A stretch of DNA of 64,000 bases. Origin: an uncultured Candidatus Marinamargulisbacteria bacterium (GTDB lineage: Bacteria; Margulisbacteria; Marinamargulisbacteria; SXXA01; JAHFDB01). The DNA lies in the NCBI GenBank assembly GCA_964517775.1, contig CAZFCP010000001.1:115371-179370 (forward strand), read 5' to 3'. Of this stretch, positions 40,596 to 49,554 are shown piece after piece. The notes below the pieces were generated by a model that was not told the DNA's origin, ran no database searches, and saw nothing but the letters and a program-made list of their open reading frames with translations. Numbering within the stretch: position 1 is the first letter of the stretch; each line of letters opens with the position of its first letter. Position numbers and translations under genes: made by a program.

Positions 40596-41330
40596 CTAAA
40601 ACTTTGCTCGTGACGATTCTTCCAGCTGCAATCTGATAGATTTTAATTCGGATTTGGTGAGGGGTTTCAACCGGCCTTCGGCAAGGTCACCCAGTTGAAT
40701 GGGGCCAATCGCCAAACGGATAAGTTTAACAACCGTATAACCCAGCTGCTCGAACGCCCTCCGAACAATGCGATTACGCCCTTCACTGAGGGTTACCTGC
40801 AGGATTTTAGGTTCAACCCAATCAATATCCGAAAAAGCAAAAGGCCCATCATCCAGAAAAACGCCAGATAACAATCTGGCAATATGGTTCTTTGTAATTT
40901 TATGGTTTAAATGCACTTTATACCGCTTCGTCACATGAAACTTTGGATGCGCCACAGCATTGGCAAATGTACCATCATTGGTCAGCAACAGAAGTCCGGT
41001 AGTATCTCTATCCAAACGTCCAACAGGATACACATGCTGAGGCAAATGTTGGATAAAATCCGCTACAGTCCGGCGTTTATTGGGATCCTGTAACGTGGTA
41101 ATCACATCCAGAGGTTTATTAAATTTATAATACACAAGCTCGGGCACCACAGGTTCAAGTTTAATTCCGTTTACAACAATATTATCTTTTTTCAAATCCA
41201 AAGCCATTTTTAAGTCTTTGGCTGGATTTCCATTTACCATAATTTTTTTGGCCAGTAAAAGTTCTAAAATCTTACGGCGTGATAACGATGTATTTAAGGC
41301 AATAAAACGGTCTAAACGAAATGAAGCCAT
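40596..41330 (-). CDS. Pseudouridine synthase, RsuA/RluB family
   Basis: The N-terminal S4 domain is RLDRFIALNTSLSRRKILELL. The catalytic motif is GRLDRDTTGLLLLTNDG. Confidence 0.8.
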   Translation of the reverse strand: MASFRLDRFIALNTSLSRRKILELLLAKKIMVNGNPAKDLKMALDLKKDNIVVNGIKLEPVVPELVYYKFNKPLDVITTLQDPNKRRTVADFIQHLPQHVYPVGRLDRDTTGLLLLTNDGTFANAVAHPKFHVTKRYKVHLNHKITKNHIARLLSGVFLDDGPFAFSDIDWVEPKILQVTLSEGRNRIVRRAFEQLGYTVVKLIRLAIGPIQLGDLAEGRLKPLTKSELKSIRLQLEESSRAKF

Positions 41331-41905
41331 CAGCTTTTCTGCCTTTGCTGTTTAGGTGTAATAATGGCTTTTCCCGGCTGACCGGATAAAGTCACATCTT
41401 CGGTTAATAAATAAGCATTTACAGAATCTCCGGTTAAAGTCAGTTCTGGAGACGCTATAGACACAGCCCCATTGCCGGCCAGAATCTGAGAATCGTTATT
41501 CCAGTCCAGTTTATCCGCACGGATATGATAGGTAACCGAATCCAAAATCCAGTCCACATCAGCCTGCCTGAGGTTCAGATGTGCATTTTGAAGCGAAATC
41601 CAGGCATCAGGAGATCGTAATTTCAACTGGGGAACCTTGCCTTTAAAATACGATCCCGTCATATTTTTCAGATATGCCTTTCCATCAGCCTTATCCACAG
41701 TCGCCTGATCCGATCGAATTTCCCAGGTCAAACGGCCTTTTTCAAACTGTCTAATCACAATGTTTTCAAATAAAAAATCAGGGGTATTTGGTTTTTTGGG
41801 AGGGCTTTCGCTGATATCCGGCACCGTTAACGACAAAGTCACCAAAACAATCAACGACACCACAAATCCAATTAAAAGCGGATATTTAAATTCCTTATGC
41901 TTCAT
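41330..41905 (-). CDS. LptC-like periplasmic protein (weak call)
   Basis: 191 aa with an N-terminal transmembrane anchor, then a beta-rich periplasmic domain (...NIVIRQFEKGRLTWEIRSDQATVDKADGKAYLKNMTGSYF...). Confidence 0.4.
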   Translation of the reverse strand: MKHKEFKYPLLIGFVVSLIVLVTLSLTVPDISESPPKKPNTPDFLFENIVIRQFEKGRLTWEIRSDQATVDKADGKAYLKNMTGSYFKGKVPQLKLRSPDAWISLQNAHLNLRQADVDWILDSVTYHIRADKLDWNNDSQILAGNGAVSIASPELTLTGDSVNAYLLTEDVTLSGQPGKAIITPKQQRQKS

Positions 41906-42529
41906 TTATTTTTTCCGGGTCAGTGCTTCTTCGGATTTCAAGCGGCCTACCATCATCAAATGGCTGAACGCTTTCATGTAATCGCCTTTACGACGGTATC
42001 CTTCGGCAATCAAAAAATGGATAGCCGTTGCATTAGGCTCGATTGCCAATGCTTTTTTTGACCACTCCATACCTTTGTCAGTATTGCCACGTTCACCTTC
42101 AACAAGGCCTAAAAATCCCATGGCCCACACATGCTTCGGGTCAATATCCAACACCTTTTTAAACGACTCTACAGCTGCATCCTTGTTACCTGCAAAATAA
42201 TATCCGAAAGCCAGCTTAAAATGGTTTCGCCATTCCTGAGGCTGTGATTTTGTCAGTGGCTCGTATTTTTTTATCACTTTGGATGAGTAGTCTTTATCAT
42301 ATTTGGGGATGCTTTTTAGAAGCTCCCACCCTTTTTCAATTTGTCCCGTATACGCATAGGCCATCGATAGTTCGAAAATGGTATCTGCAGAATTTGGATT
42401 TTGCTTATACTGCTGCTCGGATAAAGCCACATCAGCCTTCAATTCGGCAGGAATCTGATAAATTTTTGCAAAAACAGGATGACCAAAACCTAAAAGTAAC
42501 GCAACAGCCATTATCACAACTTTAATCAT
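41906..42529 (-). CDS. TPR-repeat lipoprotein/secreted protein
   Basis: A signal peptide is present. TPR-like helical repeats are visible (...AYAYTGQIEKGWELL..., ...AFGYYFAGNKDAAVESFKKVLDIDPKH..., ...AIEPNATAIHFLIAEGYRRKGDYMKA...). Confidence 0.65.
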   Translation of the reverse strand: MIKVVIMAVALLLGFGHPVFAKIYQIPAELKADVALSEQQYKQNPNSADTIFELSMAYAYTGQIEKGWELLKSIPKYDKDYSSKVIKKYEPLTKSQPQEWRNHFKLAFGYYFAGNKDAAVESFKKVLDIDPKHVWAMGFLGLVEGERGNTDKGMEWSKKALAIEPNATAIHFLIAEGYRRKGDYMKAFSHLMMVGRLKSEEALTRKK

Positions 42530-42539
42530 AAATAGTCCT

Positions 42540-43376
42540 TTAAAAACGGCCTGTGGGAGACACCCATTCTTTTTTTAACACAATCAAAAAAATCGTCCAG
42601 AATGCGTGAGCCTGAGGTTTGAATGTTGGAACAACAACTGAAATCAGACCATAAAATGAACTCAAAATCAGTACAAAAACACCTAAAAGTATACGATACA
42701 AATGGGCAATCAGACTAGGATAATGTTTATAGGCAAAATACAAACCGCCACGATATCCTTCAATCAACGCTTTCGGACGATGAAAAGCCGTGGACTGCCC
42801 GCCCAGATGGATAATGCGGACATCCGTACACATCAGTAACAACAGCTTTTGTTTTACGATGCGTTTAGACAAATCCAGATCCTCGGTATAAAACAGGAAA
42901 TTTTCATCAAGACCACCAAGGGATAGATAAAGGGCTCTCTGGATTAAAAAAGCCGCTCCAACCAAAAATTGAGGACGTCTGGGATTAAACTGGATGGAAT
43001 GATCAGCGTTTAAAAGGATTGGAGAACATGCTCCCAGATACGATTGTGATTGTGCAAACCCAAGAAGTTTTTCCAGAGTATCGGGTTCAAAAAGAAGCGT
43101 ATCGTTATTTAGTAGCCACAAAAACTCGCCAGTTGCCAATTGTGCCGCCTGATTATTGGCTTTTGAAAAGCCTACGTTGTCGCTGTTTTTAACAATGGTA
43201 AGCGGATAACCCTGACGCTGTATGGCATAGGCATCGTCCAAAGACGTGTCTGCAGAGGCATTATCAATAAGGATCACATCAAAATCAAACGACGGCTTTT
43301 GCTGAAAAATACTCTCAAGACAGGGACCTAAAACGGCTTTCCCGTTGAAGTTGATAATGAGAATACTCAGCACCAT
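42540..43376 (-). CDS. Glycosyltransferase family 2
   Basis: N-terminus VLSILIINFNGKAVLGPCLESI...DVILIDNASAD. DxD-type motifs are present (YTEDLDLS). Confidence 0.75.
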   Translation of the reverse strand: MVLSILIINFNGKAVLGPCLESIFQQKPSFDFDVILIDNASADTSLDDAYAIQRQGYPLTIVKNSDNVGFSKANNQAAQLATGEFLWLLNNDTLLFEPDTLEKLLGFAQSQSYLGACSPILLNADHSIQFNPRRPQFLVGAAFLIQRALYLSLGGLDENFLFYTEDLDLSKRIVKQKLLLLMCTDVRIIHLGGQSTAFHRPKALIEGYRGGLYFAYKHYPSLIAHLYRILLGVFVLILSSFYGLISVVVPTFKPQAHAFWTIFLIVLKKEWVSPTGRF

Positions 43377-43379
43377 GTG

Positions 43380-43886
43380 TTAGATAATTTCTGCAGTTTC
43401 GTAAAGAGGATTAACCAGGATGCCCTGTTGTCTGGATGTGGTGACAACAGCATGATCCCAAAGGTGCTGTGTTCCATTTTTTACGGAAGGCGACGAAATT
43501 TCCCAGATCAGGTATTTTTTCAACGAATACACACTAACACCGGTTTTTAGCCGAATACGCTCGATCGTAGCGTCATGGTTCTGAGGTAGCTGAGACGCCA
43601 CCTGTACCAGCATGGACTCTGACGCATTAAAATCAGGTATTTTATCTAAAAAAGCAGCTTCTTTATTCACATTCACCAGAATAAAGGAATTTTTAAGTAC
43701 AAAATCCAGGTTTTTCTGGGCCGTTTCCTGAGAATCGGCTTCGATGGCAATCTCCCATTTTTGGAAACGGCGGATACGGGTAATATCGGTTTGACCAAGA
43801 ATTTCGGTTAAGGCTTCATAGGCAGACAGTGCGTGTAGATCTGTGTTTTTTAAGGTCGTAAAAAGTAAAAATTGAAAAACAGCCAT
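43380..43886 (-). CDS. PurS-domain protein with a roughly 80-aa C-terminal extension
   Basis: The first roughly 85 aa are colinear with PurS (V.LK...LD.....AL...G...V..VR.GK..E...E). It overlaps the purQ stop by 1 nt. Confidence 0.5.
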   Translation of the reverse strand: MAVFQFLLFTTLKNTDLHALSAYEALTEILGQTDITRIRRFQKWEIAIEADSQETAQKNLDFVLKNSFILVNVNKEAAFLDKIPDFNASESMLVQVASQLPQNHDATIERIRLKTGVSVYSLKKYLIWEISSPSVKNGTQHLWDHAVVTTSRQQGILVNPLYETAEII

Positions 43887-44695
43887 TATACCGTCTCCCT
43901 TACTGATGCCAACATGGCGTGAAATAAAGGAGCCCAGGGTCCAGGCAATACAGGAGACAGATTTGTAAACGAAGCCTGTTTTCTGGCTGACCAGCTGCTT
44001 TTAATGGAAAAAGGAATCTGTTTTAAAAAAGCAGCACGCTCGGGGTGAGGCATAATCGCCATAACATTGCCTTTGGTGTTACTGATTCCAGCCGTATTAT
44101 ACTGCGCGCCATTCGGATTAACCGGAAACGCCGATTGCTCCTGTCCACCGGAGCTGCAATATACAAAACGGGTGGTGTCTGCAGGCAATTCGTCTCTAAA
44201 AACAAAACGTCCCTCGCCGTGATTGATTGGAATAGGAAGAACATCGTCTTTTGAAAAACCAGCTGTAAACATATTCGGCTTTCCAACAGGTTTTACAAAA
44301 ACCCAGTCGCAGATAAATCCAACCGGTTTGTTGTCTCTGGTATTGGGGGCCATAGCAGCTTCAAGCTGATAATCCCCTTTGCTGTTTGGGAAAAAACCGG
44401 CTTCGGCAAGAATCTGACAGCCGTTACAAATACCAAGAATCGGTTTCCCTTTGGCATCGGCGTCCTGCAATACGGACATGATGGGAAGTTTTGCTGCAAT
44501 GGCACCTGCACGGATTCTGTCCTGAAAGGAAAATCCTCCGGGGACGATGTAGGCATCAGCGTTTTTTACCCAGGAATCATCGTCATTCCATCTGGAAATG
44601 CGGGCATCAAAGCCATAAAACTGAACGGCTTCCAGGGCTTCATATTCGCAATTACTTCCCGGAAACTGAATAATAGCGAGGGTTGGTTTACTCAT
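43886..44695 (-). CDS. purQ: Phosphoribosylformylglycinamidine synthase subunit PurQ (glutaminase)
   Basis: LAIIQFPGSNCEYE, IVPGGFSFQDRIRAGAIA, the catalytic Cys in GICNGCQIL, and HPER near the C-terminus. Confidence 0.78.
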   Translation of the reverse strand: MSKPTLAIIQFPGSNCEYEALEAVQFYGFDARISRWNDDDSWVKNADAYIVPGGFSFQDRIRAGAIAAKLPIMSVLQDADAKGKPILGICNGCQILAEAGFFPNSKGDYQLEAAMAPNTRDNKPVGFICDWVFVKPVGKPNMFTAGFSKDDVLPIPINHGEGRFVFRDELPADTTRFVYCSSGGQEQSAFPVNPNGAQYNTAGISNTKGNVMAIMPHPERAAFLKQIPFSIKSSWSARKQASFTNLSPVLPGPWAPLFHAMLASVRETV

Positions 44696-45660
44696 CGATT
44701 AATATCTCTCTCTACGTTAATGGCCGCAATCATACCGTCGGAAACAGCTGTGGCAATTTGTCTGATTTGTTTGGAACGGATATCTCCGGCTGCATAAATG
44801 CCCTTGATGTTGGTTCTCATATATTCGTCGGTAATGATGTATCCGTTTTCATCGGTTTGAAGGGAAAGAGACAAAATGTTGGTAGACGGAATACGGCCAA
44901 CATATACAAAGATAGCTTTAACATCCAGCCATGTTTGCTGATGGGTTACGGTGTTTCTTAATTTAATTTTTTCAAGTTTATCGATTCCAAAAGCATCTAC
45001 AAGATCCGAATGCCAGATAATCGTAATTTTAGGATTATTAAGGATTTTTTCTTTCAGCATTTTTACAGCTTTTAAATTATCGGAACGATGAATCAGGTAT
45101 AAATGGTTTACATATTCTGACAAATAATCGGCCGCATAACAGGCACAGTTTCCACCGCCGATAACAGCCACTTCCTTACCCTGATAAAAAGCAGCATCAC
45201 CCTGAGCATAATAGGAAATGCCCCGGCCCAAAAACTTGGTTTCAAATTCAGCATTAATTTTTTTAGGATCAAGACCTGTAGCAATAATCACAGCTTTTGT
45301 TTTATAAAAACAGCCCATATCCGTTCTAATCACCTTGTGATCATCTGGGGAGTTCATAATATCTTCAACCACTTCACGGCTGTAATAAACCGGGTAGTCT
45401 TCTACGTGTTTTTCCATCATCAACGATAAATTATCGCCTAAAATACCATGAGGAAATCCAAGATAATTAGACACTTTATAACCCGTTGAAGCCTGACCTC
45501 CAGGCAACGCACGTTCTATAATCAATGTTTTTAGCTTTGCACGACCCGCACAAATAGCGGCCGACATCCCGGCTGGACCTGCACCAATAACGATCAGATC
45601 GAAATATTCTCCATCATGAGGTTTGAGCTGGTGTTTTTCAATAAGGGTTAATTCCTGCAT
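44692..45660 (-). CDS. FAD-dependent pyridine nucleotide-disulfide oxidoreductase, thioredoxin-reductase-like but lacking the canonical CxxC
   Basis: The FAD motif is LIVIGAGPAGMSAA. The NAD(P)H motif is VAVIGGGNCACYAADYL. The TrxB CATC position reads YAQGD. Confidence 0.7.
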   Translation of the reverse strand: MQELTLIEKHQLKPHDGEYFDLIVIGAGPAGMSAAICAGRAKLKTLIIERALPGGQASTGYKVSNYLGFPHGILGDNLSLMMEKHVEDYPVYYSREVVEDIMNSPDDHKVIRTDMGCFYKTKAVIIATGLDPKKINAEFETKFLGRGISYYAQGDAAFYQGKEVAVIGGGNCACYAADYLSEYVNHLYLIHRSDNLKAVKMLKEKILNNPKITIIWHSDLVDAFGIDKLEKIKLRNTVTHQQTWLDVKAIFVYVGRIPSTNILSLSLQTDENGYIITDEYMRTNIKGIYAAGDIRSKQIRQIATAVSDGMIAAINVERDINR

Positions 45661-45669
45661 AAAAGTTCC

Positions 45670-46209
45670 TTATTCCGGAGATTTCTCTAGGGTATCGGCT
45701 GATAAACGCAGCTTACTTTTTCCAGTACTTATAAATTGATTACGAATCAAATCGAGCATCAAAGTCAGTCCTGTTACCTCATCATGGTTCTGCCACGCAT
45801 GGGGATTAATGGATAATATCATTTGTTTCGATTTTATAAAATATTCGGCCTGCTCGGATTCGGCCCGGATATCATTAATGGTTAATTTTACAGCACCGTT
45901 TGCAATCAGTTTTTGTTGGGGAATATCATGAGTAAGTTCCCTGGATGTTACGGTTAATTGTCGGTGTTTTAACACAACATCATCCTTAACACTGATTTTT
46001 TGAGCGTGAGATTTGTACAAGGCCTCTTTACTTTTTATAACCATATCGCCCTGACTGATCACCACATTCCCGCTTGCAGACAGTTGTCTTTTTTTTCCGT
46101 TCAACTGAAATTTAGCCGATGTAATCGTGATGGGCTTTACAGGTTCCGCATGCAAAAAACCTATGAAAAATGTCAAAATCAGGCACAGATAAGGCAGCAA
46201 ACGGATCAT
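45670..46209 (-). CDS. LptA/OstA-N-like periplasmic protein
   Basis: A signal peptide is followed by ...ITITSAKFQLNGKKRQLSASGNVVISQGDMVIKSKEA..., which is the OstA-like repeat pattern. Confidence 0.5.
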   Translation of the reverse strand: MIRLLPYLCLILTFFIGFLHAEPVKPITITSAKFQLNGKKRQLSASGNVVISQGDMVIKSKEALYKSHAQKISVKDDVVLKHRQLTVTSRELTHDIPQQKLIANGAVKLTINDIRAESEQAEYFIKSKQMILSINPHAWQNHDEVTGLTLMLDLIRNQFISTGKSKLRLSADTLEKSPE

Positions 46210-47099
46210 TTAAACAATCTCCGTTTCACCATGCCGCCCATTGTATCGTTAATGCTTTGCTCAAACACAAAGGCTGTTTTATCAATACGTTCAACAGCCG
46301 CTTTAATTTTTGAGATTTCAAGGCGGGTTACAATGGTAAATACAATATCCATATCATCGTTCATATGTCCTTTTTTACCATAACCGCTTTTTCCTTTATA
46401 GATGGTTACACCCCGGCCCATTTCGTTGGTCAGCATGGTTTTTATAACAGCACTTTTATTGGAGATGATGGTCACACCCGTATATTCCTCAATACCGTGG
46501 ACAATAAAATCCACACTTTTTGATGCCGACAAATAAGTTAAAACCGAATACAACGCAGATTCTACACCTAAAATAAAGGCAGCCACCGTAAAAATAATCA
46601 CGTTGGCTATCAAAATAACATCCCCAATACTTAAAATCGTTCGTCGGCTGATGGTCAAAGCCAGAACTTCCGTTCCATCGATAACACCGCCGCCCCTCAT
46701 AACCAGCCCAATTCCTGCACCCAGAAGTAACCCGCCAAAAACAGAAATCAGTAATTTATCGGTAGTAATGGTGGGAAAATGAATTAACAATACAAAGCAG
46801 GCAAGTCCGATAATGGCACCCAGTGTTTTGATGCTGAACGACCAGGACATATGTTTCACCCCAAAGGTAATAAACGGAAGATTCAACAGTACGATAAAAA
46901 TAGAAACCGGAAGGTGAAGTGTTTCGCTTAAAAGCAACGAAATTCCGGTAATGCCACCGTCAATAAATCCATTCGGAATCAAAAAGCCCTTTAACCCGAG
47001 GGATGCACAAAAAACCCCTAATACGATAAGGAAAAATTCAGATGTATATTTATAAAGCGGAGTAAAATGCTTTTTTGCCCGATAAAGTTTCCGTCTCAC
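46206..47099 (-). CDS. YitT-family (DUF161/DUF2179) membrane protein
   Basis: 297 aa. A multi-transmembrane N-terminus is followed by a DUF2179-like C-terminus. Confidence 0.6.
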   Translation of the reverse strand: MRRKLYRAKKHFTPLYKYTSEFFLIVLGVFCASLGLKGFLIPNGFIDGGITGISLLLSETLHLPVSIFIVLLNLPFITFGVKHMSWSFSIKTLGAIIGLACFVLLIHFPTITTDKLLISVFGGLLLGAGIGLVMRGGGVIDGTEVLALTISRRTILSIGDVILIANVIIFTVAAFILGVESALYSVLTYLSASKSVDFIVHGIEEYTGVTIISNKSAVIKTMLTNEMGRGVTIYKGKSGYGKKGHMNDDMDIVFTIVTRLEISKIKAAVERIDKTAFVFEQSINDTMGGMVKRRLFK

Positions 47100-47534
47100 C
47101 TACAGCCAGAACCTTTTAATCAATCCATCCAGGCTCCATTTTCCGGCACCTAAAACAACTATCACACCAAATAATAAAATATAATCCATTTCCTGAAGCC
47201 CAAAAAGATCCACCATTGTATGAAGCTCCTGAAGCTGAGCTGTTAAAATAGCCACAACCATAACCCCAATCAAAGCAAGCGACATAAACCTGCTGGCAAA
47301 ACCAACCACGATTAAAAGTCCACCTACAAATTCGGTTAAACTGGCAAAAACAGCATTAAAAGCCGGGAATGGGATTCCTAATTGAGTGAAAAAATCGATG
47401 GTTTCATTAATATGAACCAGTTTTCCCCAACCGCTTTGAATAAAAATAATCCCCAAACAAAAACGCACCAAAAGCAACCATTCTTCCCTGCGGCCATTAA
47501 CAAAAGATAAAAGTCTTTGAAATAAAAGTATCAT
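47100..47534 (-). CDS. DoxX-family membrane protein (4th gene of the bufferin-type cluster)
   Basis: ...LLLVRFCLGIIFIQSGWGKLVHINETIDFFTQLGIPFPAFNAVFASLTEFVGGLLIVVGF... is the DoxX signature. Confidence 0.7.
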   Translation of the reverse strand: MILLFQRLLSFVNGRREEWLLLVRFCLGIIFIQSGWGKLVHINETIDFFTQLGIPFPAFNAVFASLTEFVGGLLIVVGFASRFMSLALIGVMVVAILTAQLQELHTMVDLFGLQEMDYILLFGVIVVLGAGKWSLDGLIKRFWL

Positions 47535-47547
47535 AGGTGTAACCCTT

Positions 47548-48390
47548 TCACGAATTGGGATGAATCAACCATTTTTTTTCGACACATGTTGCGCATAACT
47601 GCTGAACACATTCTGCAGAGATATCATACCCTTCCGATTCCAAAACGGGAACAATATCCAGCATCCCTGATAACGACTGTCCCATTTTAAATCCCTGTAA
47701 AAGCCGATACTCTGCATACGTCACCGGCTCTTGCTGAACATCAAAATCAGAATCCCGGTACATCACCATATAGGTTGGAGCAGGCTCGGGAACATCAGAA
47801 CCAGCTTCCCAGTCCAAAATGGGATACGACGTGGCCAGAAGCAAAGCAGAAGGCTGCAGAAACAGTGTGACCTCTGTAAAGTTTTGCTGTTGTTGAGAAG
47901 ACAGCTGTTGAGGATTCAGCGCAGGCTCTTCCCCTAAAAAATAAAGCGAGGCTTCTGCCCAGTCCACGGCTATAAGATCCAGCACAAAAAGTCTGTCCGC
48001 TTCATCATAATGATGCATAAAAAAAGATGCCACATTCTGGCCTAAAAAAAACAGGGTATAGTGTGTGGATGGATAAGCGGTTAAATAACGTTCCATCCAG
48101 CTTTCAAAAAGGTCATCTCCGAAGTAGGCATATAAACGAGGATAATCCTCCTGCAAGGATTCCAGACACCGAGGCCAAAAATCTCCAATATAAATATCCA
48201 AACGCTCGTCTGCTGACAGATGTCTCGATGGCAGTAAAAAGGTGCTGCATTGCGCATGTTTATCCTCTTCAGGTAAAGAGGATACGGCATCAGCCATCCA
48301 GGATTGTATCGTTAATAACGCTTCAGGAGGTTTTGGTTCCAGAATCAACCGGGATCTCCGTAAGAGCGCGCTGCCATAATTGCTTTGCAT
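47548..48390 (-). CDS. DUF2063-family protein (MbnC/HvfC/BufC-like partner of MNIO)
   Basis: ...RLDIYIGDFWPRCLESLQEDYPRLYAYFGDDLFESWMERYLTAYPS... fits the DUF2063 pattern. It overlaps the MNIO gene's 3' end. The alternative start MADAVSS would be at 48297. Confidence 0.6.
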   Translation of the reverse strand: MQSNYGSALLRRSRLILEPKPPEALLTIQSWMADAVSSLPEEDKHAQCSTFLLPSRHLSADERLDIYIGDFWPRCLESLQEDYPRLYAYFGDDLFESWMERYLTAYPSTHYTLFFLGQNVASFFMHHYDEADRLFVLDLIAVDWAEASLYFLGEEPALNPQQLSSQQQQNFTEVTLFLQPSALLLATSYPILDWEAGSDVPEPAPTYMVMYRDSDFDVQQEPVTYAEYRLLQGFKMGQSLSGMLDIVPVLESEGYDISAECVQQLCATCVEKKWLIHPNS

Positions 48391-49207
48391 AGGAAAGCTC
48401 GGCCAGCAGCTCGTTTAATGGTGGGATTTTATCGTCACGTTCAATCATAACAGACGCATTCTGGAAACGTGGGACGGCTTTCATGTACAGTTCCCAGACT
48501 TCATCCCGAATCGTGTGATCGTGGGTATCCAGAATATAAGTGCCTTTATCTGTATGTCCTGCAATATGAAACTGCACAACACGTTCGGCTGGAACGCCAT
48601 TTACAAAATCCATTGGATTAAACGTATGATTAAATGAGGACACAAAAATATTATTGATATCCAGAAGAATGCCGATATCAGCTTTTTCAGCAATATCGCT
48701 GATAAACTGCCATTCTGTCATCACAGAATCCTTAAACTCAACATAGCTGGATACATTTTCCAGCAAAAATGGCTTTTCCATAAAATCCTGGATAATTCGG
48801 GCGCGGTCTGCCACATAGGCAACCACGTCAGGAGTGTAGGGAAGAGGCATTAAATTATGCAGATTAAAAGAGTTGTATTTACTCCAGCACAAATGATCCG
48901 AAAACCACGGCGGATCCAACCGTTGCACCACTTTTTTAAGTTTTTTCAAATAATCCCAGTCCAATGGATCGGCACTTCCAATAGACAAAGAAACCCCATG
49001 AGGAACCATACGGTAACGCTCTCGAAACTGATCGAGATAATATAAGGCTCTACCGCCTTCCATCATAAAGTTTTCGGAGATAATTTCCAGCCAGTCTACT
49101 TTTGGAGATTCTTCAAGTAAATCAGAGTAATGGGAAGGACGAAGACCAAGACCAAATCCGAGAGTCGGAAGTTGGGATTTAATGTTTGAAAAAGAAAAGG
49201 TACTCAT
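48323..49207 (-). CDS. MNIO / DUF692 enzyme (MbnB/HvfB/BufB-like multinuclear non-heme iron oxidase)
   Basis: LGFGLGLRPSHYSDLLEESPKVDWLEIISENFM is the DUF692 N-terminal signature. Size is 294 aa. Confidence 0.8.
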   Translation of the reverse strand: MSTFSFSNIKSQLPTLGFGLGLRPSHYSDLLEESPKVDWLEIISENFMMEGGRALYYLDQFRERYRMVPHGVSLSIGSADPLDWDYLKKLKKVVQRLDPPWFSDHLCWSKYNSFNLHNLMPLPYTPDVVAYVADRARIIQDFMEKPFLLENVSSYVEFKDSVMTEWQFISDIAEKADIGILLDINNIFVSSFNHTFNPMDFVNGVPAERVVQFHIAGHTDKGTYILDTHDHTIRDEVWELYMKAVPRFQNASVMIERDDKIPPLNELLAELSYAKQLWQRALTEIPVDSGTKTS

Positions 49208-49240
49208 AAAAAAAAAGAGGGCAGGATTTACCTGCCCTTC
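49208..49240 (-). terminator. Intrinsic terminator/attenuator between the precursor gene and the MNIO gene
   Basis: On the minus strand AGGGCAGG-taaat-CCTGCCCT is followed by an 8-T run that ends at the MNIO ATG. Confidence 0.5.
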
Positions 49241-49248
49241 TAACCAGC

Positions 49249-49554
49249 TTAGTGAGCTGCTTTTTCTTTACCTTTTGTTTCTTTAGCGTCTTTTGCTTTA
49301 GCATCTTTTGCTTTAGCAGCATCTTTACCTTTGCAGCTGTGTTTACCTTTGCAGCCTTCTTTGCCTTTGCAAGCTTCTTTACCTTTACAACCGTTTTTGC
49401 CTTTGCAGCTATTTTTCTCTTTCTGAGCTGTTGCTGCTGGCTTTTTTGTTTCAGTTGCGCCTGGTTTAGTCGCTTCTGGTTGTGCAGCCATAGCAACACC
49501 TGTCATTAGGAAAAGTCCAGCTACTGATGCAGCCAATAAACGTTCTTTTTTCAT
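49249..49554 (-). CDS. Small secreted Cys/Lys-repeat precursor peptide (bufferin/HvfA-like RiPP precursor candidate)
   Basis: The Sec signal is MKKERLLAASVAGLFLMTGVAMA. The core is NSCKGK-NGCKGK-EACKGK-EGCKGK-HSCKGK, followed by a K/A-rich tail. A strong AAGGAG Shine-Dalgarno lies 9 nt upstream. Confidence 0.6.
   Translation of the reverse strand: MKKERLLAASVAGLFLMTGVAMAAQPEATKPGATETKKPAATAQKEKNSCKGKNGCKGKEACKGKEGCKGKHSCKGKDAAKAKDAKAKDAKETKGKEKAAH
49324..49413. repeat. Five tandem 18-nt repeats encoding the xxCKGK units
   Basis: Repeats of tttacctttgcagctgtg, with variants tttgcctttgcaagcttc and tttacctttacaaccgtt. Confidence 0.7.

Noticed and set aside
41330..46209. Calling a complete lptC-lptA-lptB operon
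   Set aside because: The LptC-like and LptA-like candidates are 4 kb apart, separated by unrelated genes. No LptB ATPase is adjacent. Both are kept only as weak individual calls.
49179..49509. ORFs 49179..49499 (-) and 49252..49509 (+), K-rich and F/C-rich 'proteins'
   Set aside because: These are alternative-frame and opposite-strand readings of the 18-nt CKGK tandem repeats. Only the 49249..49554 frame has a signal peptide, a strong Shine-Dalgarno and a sensible product.
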